Source of the DNA: a virus
Lineage: Duplodnaviria > Caudoviricetes
Virus record (IMG/VR): IMGVR_UViG_2706795976_000001
Coordinates: 1 to 64,000 of that record
Length of the DNA: 64,000 nt
Reading direction: 5' to 3' (one strand)
Below the pieces are notes generated by a model that saw nothing but the letters and a program-made list of their open reading frames with translations, made no database searches and was not told where the DNA came from. A program made the translations under genes and the position numbers. Below, in pieces: positions 1 to 7,132 of the stretch. The first letter of the stretch is position 1. Every line of letters begins with the position of its first letter.

Positions 1-51
1 GTGTGCTCGCAAAATGTACGGGTTCCAAGGGTCTTTTTTGGGCACAAAGGA

Positions 52-89
52 GCCCCGGCTCGCATGCAATGGCAGAGGCGCACCGGGGC
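52..89 (-). terminator. Probable terminator hairpin ending the leftward operon
   Basis: GCCCCGG (52-58) pairs with CCGGGGC (83-89), just past the stop of the 103..360 minus-strand gene; a short U-rich run follows on the minus strand. Confidence 0.5.
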
Positions 90-102
90 GTTCTTGTTCA
101 GT

Positions 103-360
103 CTAGCACGGTCTCCCCATGATGATATCCACCGAGGTGCCGCATCCCGAGCAGGTGGTGTAGAAGGTCACGCCCCCTCGCTCGATCTTCCCGGCGATCG
201 GCCCGTACCAGCGCTCCTTGCCGATGCGGGCCTGTTCGTACAGGTCCCGTGGCGTGAGGTCGTCGAGGCAGCATCCAGCGTCCTTCGATTGCCAGTCGGT
301 CAAGTTTTTCCCGCACCATGGGCAGTACGCTTGGTACACCACATCATCAAACATCCCCAT
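103..360 (-). CDS. Small hypothetical protein with two CxxC motifs (possible Zn ribbon)
   Basis: CPWC...CSGC; last gene of a tightly overlapping minus-strand operon. Confidence 0.7.
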   Translation of the reverse strand: MGMFDDVVYQAYCPWCGKNLTDWQSKDAGCCLDDLTPRDLYEQARIGKERWYGPIAGKIERGGVTFYTTCSGCGTSVDIIMGRPC

Positions 361-814
361 CGGTCACGCCCCCTGTCCGTAGTGCTTCGAACCAGTCCCA
401 GTCCACTCGCTTCCAGGGCACCGAATCGAACTCCTTGGTGCCGAAGTTGTACTGATCATTCGGCAGGGCCCAGACAAAGTCGGAGTAGTCGGAGAAGGGG
501 TCCTCCTCGGGGAACCACTCCTCCTCGTGCACATCCAACCAATCGTCGGAGAGTCGCCCGATAAACTCGAGCTCACTGAGCAGCCCCTCGTCCCCGTACA
601 GCCACGACGGCCGGACAAGCTGCACCTGGTACCCTGTGGGGTCGTCCATCTGGTAGAAGTTGTCCGGAGCCACGATATGCAGAACGACGCGACCGATCCC
701 TGGGCCTCCACGGTAGACCACGTCGTCCAGGCCGACCATGGTGTAGTCGCGAGCTAGGGAATCTTCGTACGCTTCCCGGTGGGTGATCATCCTATAGTTT
801 CCATGCCTACCCAT
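347..814 (-). CDS. Hypothetical acidic protein
   Basis: ORF 347..886, start trimmed to ATG 814 (MGRHGNY), which overlaps the upstream stop. Confidence 0.65.
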   Translation of the reverse strand: MGRHGNYRMITHREAYEDSLARDYTMVGLDDVVYRGGPGIGRVVLHIVAPDNFYQMDDPTGYQVQLVRPSWLYGDEGLLSELEFIGRLSDDWLDVHEEEWFPEEDPFSDYSDFVWALPNDQYNFGTKEFDSVPWKRVDWDWFEALRTGGVTDGDV

Positions 815-1130
815 CGTACGTTCCCTCCTTCCACGGACGCTTGCCGTCCTCGAGCCCCCGCAGGTATGCACGACGGCCGACCTCATTGAACGCGGGAGGT
901 TCGTATCCGTTGGACTCGAGCTCCTTGACCTGGTCGTAGGTCAACATCGCCCGGAATGTCCTCTCCACGACCCCGGACAGGATTCGGATCTTCCCCTGCT
1001 CCTCGAGACCCTTAGCGGCCCGGCGAGTTGTGGCGTTGCTACTGAACGTCCACAGTTCCTCACCGAGCCGCCATCGAGCCCACAAGGTGTCCATCATCAG
1101 CTCTTGCGATGGTGTCACAGATTGTCCCAT
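807..1130 (-). CDS. Hypothetical protein
   Basis: ORF 807..1271 trimmed to ATG 1130 (MGQSVTP); tiles the operon. Confidence 0.6.
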   Translation of the reverse strand: MGQSVTPSQELMMDTLWARWRLGEELWTFSSNATTRRAAKGLEEQGKIRILSGVVERTFRAMLTYDQVKELESNGYEPPAFNEVGRRAYLRGLEDGKRPWKEGTYDG

Positions 1131-1294
1131 TTCTCGCTCGGCCAGGAGATCCCGTGAGCTCGATGCTCCTGGAAGTGTCCTTCCGGTAACCAGCATCGGT
1201 GGATGAAGTAAGGGTAGATTGCCTCGGCACCCTCTCCGTCCTGGGTGTGAACCATAGCCCAACCCGGACACGTGTCACTCGGGGAGGTCGTCAT
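1115..1294 (-). CDS. Small hypothetical protein (C/H-rich)
   Basis: HRCWLPEGHFQEHRAH motif; fills the gap in the operon; start uncertain. Confidence 0.45.
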   Translation of the reverse strand: MTTSPSDTCPGWAMVHTQDGEGAEAIYPYFIHRCWLPEGHFQEHRAHGISWPSEKWDNL

Positions 1295-1532
1295 ACCAGT
1301 CGACCACCCGTCGCACCCCATAGTAAGCGGCGATGAGAACCAGAGCTCCCACGCTGGCCCACCCGACGATCAAAGCGAAGGTGATGATGTTTCCAATGAT
1401 GAGTACTCCCGTGCTCACCCCTTCGGTGTCGGGGTACGCCTCGTAGAATGTGGAGAACGCCAGCCAAGTCAGGAGGATGAGGAACAGTGGCCACGCGACC
1501 AGGCCAAGGGCCCGGGCCTTCTTCCGCGTCAT
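1275..1532 (-). CDS. Membrane protein (2 TM)
   Basis: Two hydrophobic segments; ATGA overlap with the upstream gene. Confidence 0.7.
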   Translation of the reverse strand: MTRKKARALGLVAWPLFLILLTWLAFSTFYEAYPDTEGVSTGVLIIGNIITFALIVGWASVGALVLIAAYYGVRRVVDWYDDLPE

Positions 1533-1942
1533 TCCCACTCCCCCTGCCATCCGGGGTTCAGGACCGTGTCGACGTAGTCCGCATACGATCGGCCGTGCCG
1601 CCAGTATCCGGAGTCCTTCTCCCGGCCCTGGCTCGCGAAGTAGACCTTCTCGTCGTACAAGTCCACGATGATGATGTTGTGTTCGTTGTCGCAGATACGC
1701 GTGCTGAGACCGCCCCCCGTGGCCGAGTTGACCAGGTCGGCGAACACGTACTGCGTGACGATCCGTGCCAGGTACTCAGGGTCGTCCCACCGATCTCGAG
1801 CCGGGGCGGAATCGAGGGCATGCCCCAACGTCTCCGGCCACAGATCCCCGCGCCAGTGCGTGTACAGGTATATGCCTCCCAGCACCTTCCCGGTCCCCCG
1901 GTCGATGTTGTCCACCAGGTAGATGTTCGCTCGATCACCCAT
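1529..1942 (-). CDS. Hypothetical phage protein
   Basis: MGDRANIYL...YLYTHW; tiles the operon with high GC3. Confidence 0.75.
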   Translation of the reverse strand: MGDRANIYLVDNIDRGTGKVLGGIYLYTHWRGDLWPETLGHALDSAPARDRWDDPEYLARIVTQYVFADLVNSATGGGLSTRICDNEHNIIIVDLYDEKVYFASQGREKDSGYWRHGRSYADYVDTVLNPGWQGEWE

Positions 1943-2123
1943 ATGCGCTCCAATCCTTGATGAGTTCTGCCGCGTGTGCGTACGCGTCAGCCTTCCCTTG
2001 CCAGTATTCTTTATCCCCGAACCCCGTGAAGTAGGTCACCTCACCAAGAGCCTCGATTTGCTGCTCCAGCATCTTGTTGACGAGGTTTGCTCTGATACCT
2101 GGAGGTAGCAGCGGATCAGTCAC
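1935..2123 (-). CDS. Hypothetical protein
   Basis: Overlapping start and stop with both neighbours. Confidence 0.6.
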   Translation of the reverse strand: MTDPLLPPGIRANLVNKMLEQQIEALGEVTYFTGFGDKEYWQGKADAYAHAAELIKDWSAYG

Positions 2124-2335
2124 TCGATGACCACCAGCTCATCGGTCTCGAACGCCTTCAGCAGGTCCCAGGCGATCAGGTGGAACCGGTCCTTGTCACC
2201 GTGGACCTCGGTGAGCTCATCCAGGTAGTCCTCGGGTACGGTCCCGCCGATTCGCTGCAGGGCGATCAGGTCGTAGATCCGATCTCCCCACTCGTCCTTG
2301 TCGTTGAACTCAAAGCGGATATCGATATGTGCCAT
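2120..2335 (-). CDS. Hypothetical protein
   Basis: SD-like GAGGGGAA upstream; tiles the operon. Confidence 0.65.
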   Translation of the reverse strand: MAHIDIRFEFNDKDEWGDRIYDLIALQRIGGTVPEDYLDELTEVHGDKDRFHLIAWDLLKAFETDELVVIE

Positions 2336-2501
2336 CTTGTATTCCCCTCTCGATGTCTTGCTTACATGGTCCGCAGTACACGATGTAGTTGTACGGATCC
2401 ATCGCCACCATGTCTGCTTCGGAGGACGATAGCACCCGGACCACCTGACCGCAATCCTGGCAGTCGAGGGTCCTTGTGAACCGGTCAGCAGGCCTTCTCA
2501 C
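2310..2501 (-). CDS. Small Zn-finger-like protein
   Basis: CQDC...CGPC. Confidence 0.6.
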   Translation of the reverse strand: MRRPADRFTRTLDCQDCGQVVRVLSSSEADMVAMDPYNYIVYCGPCKQDIERGIQDGTYRYPL

Positions 2502-2722
2502 TCACCCAGTCCTTCCAGGTGGATCTTCTTCCCGTTCACGATGCATACCGTCTCGCCGTGCTCGTAGGCCGAGATCCCTCCGGCCGACCGGCACTCGCGC
2601 TCGAAGCGTAGTGCCTCCTCTCGCCATGACATGCATGACCACACAACGGTAGCCATCAGTCCGATGAGGAGGATCCACACCAGAAGCCGACTCGTGTCGG
2701 CGTTGGTCTTGTTCAGTCCCAT
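2498..2722 (-). CDS. Small membrane protein
   Basis: Single TM followed by C-x3-GG...C; start trimmed to ATG 2722. Confidence 0.6.
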   Translation of the reverse strand: MGLNKTNADTSRLLVWILLIGLMATVVWSCMSWREEALRFERECRSAGGISAYEHGETVCIVNGKKIHLEGLGE

Positions 2723-2997
2723 AGTCGTATCAACCACTTCGTGAGCAACTCGGCATACCTGCCGGTGTCTCTGTCCGCCCACCCAATGTCTGTCGCGCCG
2801 TACTCTCCGGCGATCCTGCCGAGCTCCGCTAGCTCAGCTCGCTCTCCTTCGGTGTACTCTGTAGTTCCGCTAACCAGCATGTGGTTGCACGCAGCAGCCA
2901 CAGCGTCGGCGATGATCGTGTCCGCGTTCCACCACCAGAGGTAGCCTTCGACGTTGTACTTCTCGGCCGCGTACTCGTTGAGGTATCGATCTATCAC
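2713..2997 (-). CDS. Hypothetical protein
   Basis: GTGA overlap; tiles the operon. Confidence 0.65.
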   Translation of the reverse strand: MIDRYLNEYAAEKYNVEGYLWWWNADTIIADAVAAACNHMLVSGTTEYTEGERAELAELGRIAGEYGATDIGWADRDTGRYAELLTKWLIRLWD

Positions 2998-3290
2998 GTA
3001 TCGTCTCCGTAGAACTTCTCGCGGTGACTGAGGTAGATCGAGTGGAACAGGTCTCCGAGCACCGTCGTCCCGTCGAAGTCGTAGTGGACCTCTGCGGCGT
3101 TGTCCCAGCTGTCATAGTTGGTCGCCGCGCCCTCCTTGTGGAACACTACGACCAGCCTGGGGCCGATCCGTTCGTTCCACAGCATGAACATCCGGTCGTA
3201 GCGGAGGTAGATTGCCTTGTCGCAGCTGTGTCTGATAGCCTCTTCTGCGAAGCGAACGATCTCGTCCAGCTTGTCTTCTATGAGTGTCAT
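2994..3290 (-). CDS. Hypothetical protein, first gene of the leftward operon
   Basis: Purine-rich SD (GGAAGAAGGGCAGG) before the ATG. Confidence 0.7.
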   Translation of the reverse strand: MTLIEDKLDEIVRFAEEAIRHSCDKAIYLRYDRMFMLWNERIGPRLVVVFHKEGAATNYDSWDNAAEVHYDFDGTTVLGDLFHSIYLSHREKFYGDDT

Positions 3291-3313
3291 CCTGCCCTTC
3301 TTCCTTGACTTCC

Positions 3314-3322
3314 TGGTAGACT
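3314..3322 (+). promoter_or_regulatory. Extended -10 promoter (TGnTAGACT) for a probable leaderless transcript starting at ATG 3330
   Basis: TGGTAGACT lies 7 nt before ATG 3330; no SD upstream. Confidence 0.45.
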
Positions 3323-3329
3323 CTGTGGT

Positions 3330-3605
3330 ATGAGCCGCTCATTCCCCATCTACGAGGGCCTCACCACTGAGGGTGACGCCATCGTAGCATTCTACCCTGC
3401 GCTTGGCGAGGGTGGTCAGATCGACCCCACCGACAACAACGTGAAGATCCACGTCGCACCGATGGACGAGGGCCTGCACGTGGCCTCCGACGACTGCTGG
3501 TGTGTGCCGACGATCAAGCTCGAGCCTGCTGCGCCCGAGGGTGTGGTCTGCTGGATCCTCCGCCATGGTAAGGCTAAGGATCACGGCCCCCTGGATCGAT
3601 TGTGA
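3330..3605 (+). CDS. Hypothetical protein
   Basis: HxxSxxCWC motif; GTGA overlap with the next gene. Confidence 0.6.
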   Translation: MSRSFPIYEGLTTEGDAIVAFYPALGEGGQIDPTDNNVKIHVAPMDEGLHVASDDCWCVPTIKLEPAAPEGVVCWILRHGKAKDHGPLDRL

Positions 3606-3910
3606 CTTGGGGAGAGAGTCTATCCCCTGAGTGGCGCAGGAACAAGCCCCTGGTCCTGGCTCGTGACAACTACAGTTGCCAACTCAAGTGGTCCCAGTGT
3701 ACTGTCCGTGCCACGGAAGTAGACCACATCATCAACAGGGACGCCTGGCCGCACGACAAGCCCGGGCGTGACTCGATGGACAACGGACAGGCGGTGTGTC
3801 ACAGATGCCATGTAATGAAGACATCACGGGAGCAGCAGAAGAAGCGCAGGGAGAACAAGGCGAAGGCTCAGCACCCGTGGGCGAATCTGAAGCATCCTGG
3901 GATGAGGTAA
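3602..3910 (+). CDS. HNH endonuclease (small, terminase-associated type)
   Basis: RDNYSCQ...ATEVDHII...NGQAVCHRCHVMKT. Confidence 0.85.
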   Translation: MTWGESLSPEWRRNKPLVLARDNYSCQLKWSQCTVRATEVDHIINRDAWPHDKPGRDSMDNGQAVCHRCHVMKTSREQQKKRRENKAKAQHPWANLKHPGMR

Positions 3911-4080
3911 AGTCCCTCCAGGAGGCGCTTGAAGATCTCCGTATCGAGACGCTGCAAGCCGACGGCACCTACTCCTTTGACGAGGAAGCCACCGAGAGAA
4001 TGAAGCGGAACGCCCGTGCCAACCCCGAGAAGTACCAGTGGCTTGTTGAGAACGACTGCAGTATCTGGACTGTGTTGTGA
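3877..4080 (+). CDS. Hypothetical protein
   Basis: C-terminal part of ORF 3796..4080; GTGA overlap with the next gene; start uncertain. Confidence 0.45.
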   Translation: MGESEASWDEVKSLQEALEDLRIETLQADGTYSFDEEATERMKRNARANPEKYQWLVENDCSIWTVL

Positions 4081-4859
4081 GGGCCCTAGAGATCGGATCC
4101 TCGGCCGCGAGGTACCGCATCCCAACGTGGCGCGAACCGAAGGACATCGACTACTGGTGTGACGAGGACTTGCCCTCGGGGGTCAAGTCGCTGATCAGGT
4201 TCGATACTTTCTGGCACCCAAGACTGGCGGATCTCCTTGAGGACAACGTGGTTCGCACGGCGACCCTCGACGAGCTCTACACGATCAAGTTCAGCCATGC
4301 CTACTGGGAGCTGCGCAACGGTTCCTGGGAGAAGCACATGGCCGACCTCCTCTCCATGAGAGACCATGGCGCACAACTGATCCCGGAGTGGCATGACCAC
4401 CTGTACAGGGTGTGGGAGGATGTCCACGGCAAGAAGGTGGTCGACCTCACCCAGGAAGCCGAGGAGTTCTTCACCGATGCTGTGAAGCGAATCTATGTAC
4501 ATGATTCGATCCACGACTCTGTGGCATACCATGACCGGCCGATCTACGAGGAATGCCTCAAGGACGGCAAGTCGGTCCAAATGGACATGGAGAAGGTGTG
4601 GGCCATGCCGTTCGAGCGTCAGGTGCAGATGTTCCGCGAGGAGATCTACGTGACAGCCCTTGAGCGGCTTGTGATTCCGAGTGATTACAAGTGCTCACCC
4701 GGCCGCGCATACCGCTGGGCCCTTCGCCGAACCATCACCAGCCTTACCAAGGGGCGGAGTGCAAAGTTCCTTGTCGAGAACTTTGACATCTTCGCCAGAG
4801 CTGATGTAGACTACGTCGGTATCCATTTGGCGAACACCGACAAGTTAGTGAGGTTGTAA
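4077..4859 (+). CDS. Putative nucleotidyltransferase (Pol-beta superfamily-like)
   Basis: N-terminal IGS-x14-DID signature (IGSSAARYRIPTWREPKDIDYW); also HDSIH motif. Confidence 0.6.
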   Translation: MRALEIGSSAARYRIPTWREPKDIDYWCDEDLPSGVKSLIRFDTFWHPRLADLLEDNVVRTATLDELYTIKFSHAYWELRNGSWEKHMADLLSMRDHGAQLIPEWHDHLYRVWEDVHGKKVVDLTQEAEEFFTDAVKRIYVHDSIHDSVAYHDRPIYEECLKDGKSVQMDMEKVWAMPFERQVQMFREEIYVTALERLVIPSDYKCSPGRAYRWALRRTITSLTKGRSAKFLVENFDIFARADVDYVGIHLANTDKLVRL

Positions 4860-5221
4860 TGGGAGCGTTAGCACCGGAGCAGGTCGACGAAGCGGTACTG
4901 AAATGGTATCGGAATCTGGTCGACGAGGCCGACAAGAAGTACAACCGTCAACCCCGGCATGTCGACCTGGAGGATGCGTGGAGTTGCCTCAGCTACCAGA
5001 CAAACCCGGTCGAAATCGAGGGCCTGGGGGAGGTCTGTGTCGAGGAGGACTTCGACGAAGAGTTCCACACGAATCGATACCTCGTGGTACGGGTCGGGTC
5101 GTCTCTTCACTACAAGCGCTGCGGATGGCGTGCGTCACATGACGGATCCTATCTCGACGGACCCACGGTCCAAGTCCGACCCCTGACCAAGACAGTAACC
5201 TACTGGGAGACAAACAAGTGA
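4859..5221 (+). CDS. Hypothetical protein (paralog of the next gene)
   Basis: C-terminal YKRCGWRASHDGSYLDGPTVQV. Confidence 0.75.
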   Translation: MGALAPEQVDEAVLKWYRNLVDEADKKYNRQPRHVDLEDAWSCLSYQTNPVEIEGLGEVCVEEDFDEEFHTNRYLVVRVGSSLHYKRCGWRASHDGSYLDGPTVQVRPLTKTVTYWETNK

Positions 5222-5679
5222 CCTACACAGCAGCAGACCTCGACTCGTTTGTCGAGGATCGGTACAGCACCGACGACTGGTCGGAGTTCCGGGAGGACGC
5301 CGACAACACGCGCGAGGTCGTCAAGAACCCGGACGTCATCCCCCCGGACCACATCGTGGATGAAGACGGGTGGCTTCGCGGCCCGGAGGAAGAGACCAGC
5401 TACGGACGCCCCTACCGTCCGATCGTCTACCGCGATCTTGAGCACCCGGGTGTGGCGGTTCCCGGCATCGGCCAGGTGACCATGGAGGAAGCTCACGGTG
5501 GCGAGGGTCAGGGTGACGAGTACTGGGCCGTCTTCAAGGTCGCAGGCTTCGACGGCAGTGTTCGCTACTTCAAGCGTGACGGCTGGTACGCATCCTACGA
5601 AGGCGGATCACTCGACGGCCCCACCCTCGAGGTGGCCCCCGGCGAGAAGGTCATCCGGGTCTGGAACGGGATCAGCTAG
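5218..5679 (+). CDS. Hypothetical protein (paralog of the previous gene)
   Basis: C-terminal YFKRDGWYASYEGGSLDGPTLEV. Confidence 0.75.
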   Translation: MTYTAADLDSFVEDRYSTDDWSEFREDADNTREVVKNPDVIPPDHIVDEDGWLRGPEEETSYGRPYRPIVYRDLEHPGVAVPGIGQVTMEEAHGGEGQGDEYWAVFKVAGFDGSVRYFKRDGWYASYEGGSLDGPTLEVAPGEKVIRVWNGIS

Positions 5680-5683
5680 CCTC

Positions 5684-5713
5684 TTGCACTCCTCCTGGTG
5701 TATCAGGTATACT
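5684..5713 (+). promoter_or_regulatory. SigA-type promoter driving the RNA cluster
   Basis: TTGCAC-N18-TATACT; predicted +1 near 5720, immediately before the first hairpin. Confidence 0.7.
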
Positions 5714-5720
5714 AGGAGGC

Positions 5721-6352
5721 GTGAGAGGGACTACAATCCCATTCCATGGGCCGGTGAAGGCTAGTCCCTCTCACTACAACTGAATAGCCCGTGTGGAACA
5801 TCATCCAACTACAAGTCCGGCATGATGCTCGCGCCACACACGGGCACAATCCTCGACATCAGGCGGCGTCTCGACGGTTTTCGCGAGCCGGGACACGGAG
5901 ACGGTAGGTTCAATTCCTACTCGAGGAGCTCGGGCTATCTGGAAAAGCTGGCTGGGGGGTGTTGTCCGCCCAGCAGCAGTCGACGGACACCAGATAGACC
6001 AGGCGGTGACCGAGTGTGTGTGTACTGGTCTGCACACAAGGTGATCTCGGCGAGTGGTAAGGAGTGCGCCCCTGGCAATGGTGGAGCTCCGAGAAGGTCC
6101 TAGCGGATCGGAAACTCTTGCGGCTTAGCGGCCTAACGAGATGCTCAGCTCGTGAGACGGTGGATCCAAATTGACGATTAGGACCACCACCCCTCATGCC
6201 CTGTCGGAGGACTTATCATCCTCCCCGCCACCTAAAATTGTTGCCGGTCCGTCTCGCCAAGGAGACGGCCACTCCGAGGGGGACCGGTAACTTCAAACGT
6301 AGGCTGACCCCATGTGAAAACCCGCCAGTGCCGTGGGGTCAGCCTACCACCA
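5721..6352 (+). ncRNA. Array of structured non-tRNA RNA modules (or one large ncRNA)
   Basis: No credible ORF. Consecutive long stems: 5721-5774 (13 bp perfect), 5787-5845, 5850-5927, 5936-5997, 6096-6185, 6206-6224, 6240-6291 (11 bp) and 6299-6347 (16 bp), separated by short A/C-rich linkers. Confidence 0.7.
5850..5928 (+). ncRNA. tRNA-like RNA without a canonical D stem or anticodon arm
   Basis: Acceptor stem TCCTCGA/TCGAGGA+G, T arm GTAGG-TTCAATT-CCTAC, long interrupted helix CGTCTC...GAGACG in place of the anticodon arm. Confidence 0.6.
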
Positions 6353-6353
6353 A

Positions 6354-6429
6354 CGGCGTGTAGCTCAGTTAGGTAAGAGCGCCCGGTTGAAACCCGGGAG
6401 GTTCGTAGGTTCGATCCCTACCGCGTCGG
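6354..6429 (+). tRNA. tRNA-Phe(GAA)
   Basis: Cloverleaf; CCCGG-TTGAAAC-CCGGG; T arm GTAGG-TTCGATC-CCTAC. Confidence 0.9.
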
Positions 6430-6432
6430 CAA

Positions 6433-6500
6433 TGTGCCTGGGTTGAAATACTACTCAGGAGGGCCCCGTCGAAAGGGCATGGGTTCGATTCCCAACACAG
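6433..6500 (+). ncRNA. Degenerate tRNA-like element
   Basis: T arm TGGG-TTCGATT-CCCA, closing stem TGTG/CACA, hairpins CCTGGGT/ACTCAGG and GCCC/GGGC; non-canonical geometry. Confidence 0.45.
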
Positions 6501-6540
6501 AGCCCGAAAGGGTGCCAGGACTTCCGGGGTTCTGGTCCAT

Positions 6541-6615
6541 TCCGGAGTAGCTTAATTGGCAGAGCTCCAGGTTGTTACCCTGATGTAGATATAGGTTCAA
6601 GTCCTATCTCCGGAG
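6541..6615 (+). tRNA. tRNA-Asn(GTT)
   Basis: Acceptor TCCGGAG/CTCCGGA, anticodon loop TTGTTAC, T arm ATAGG-TTCAAGT-CCTAT. Confidence 0.9.
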
Positions 6616-6628
6616 CGCAGTACAACAA

Positions 6629-6700
6629 TAGGATCTAGCTCAACTGGTAGAGCGGTGGTCTCCAAAGCCACTGGTAGGGGTTCAAGTCCTCTGGTCCTAG
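6629..6700 (+). tRNA. tRNA-Trp(CCA)
   Basis: GTGGT-CTCCAAA-GCCAC; canonical D and T arms. Confidence 0.9.
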
Positions 6701-6703
6701 CAT

Positions 6704-6777
6704 GCTTCCGTAGCTCAGCGGTTTAGAGCAGCTGATTCTTAATCAGCGGGTCGAAGGTTCAAATCCTTCCGGGGGCA
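6704..6777 (+). tRNA. tRNA-Lys(CTT)
   Basis: GCTGA-TTCTTAA-TCAGC; T arm GAAGG-TTCAAAT-CCTTC. Confidence 0.92.
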
Positions 6778-6822
6778 CGATGTTCGGCCAGCGCATCCCA
6801 CCACCACTGGCCGAGCACACAA

Positions 6823-6895
6823 CCTTCCGTAGCTTAGTGGTTAAAGCACTCGCCTGTCGAGCGAGGGGACGCGCGTTCGAATTGCGTCGGAGGGA
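6823..6895 (+). tRNA. tRNA-Asp(GTC)
   Basis: CTCGC-CTGTCGA-GCGAG; acceptor CCTTCCG/CGGAGGG. Confidence 0.85.
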
Positions 6896-7053
6896 CGAGC
6901 AGGTTCGCCACCGAACTACCTGCCTAAACAAAACCAGCCGTGTGCGCGCGCACTATGCAAGGGGGAAGCCCCGCTGGCACTCGAGTTCGTCGGGACATTG
7001 CCTGAGCTAGCTACTCAGCCGACCACCGGGCTCTCGAGTGAAGGGTGGCTCCA

Positions 7054-7132
7054 TCGGGTGACCTCATGGCGAGGACTCTGGCTGTAACCCAGACGCGTTT
7101 ACGCACAGGGAGTTCGATTCTCTCCGCCCGAA
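7054..7132 (+). tRNA. tRNA-Tyr(GTA)
   Basis: TCTGG-CTGTAAC-CCAGA, variable hairpin GCG-TTTA-CGC, T arm GGGAG-TTCGATT-CTCTC; compact D arm. Confidence 0.8.

Noticed and set aside
5720-6350. tmRNA or CRISPR array
   Set aside because: No G3:U70 acceptor stem or tag reading frame. The modules share no repeated sequence, so there is no repeat-spacer periodicity, and no cas genes are present.
6629-6700. Suppressor tRNA or genome recoding to explain the TAG between the lysin halves
   Set aside because: All anticodons found are sense codons, and TAG is used as a normal stop in many genes in the window.
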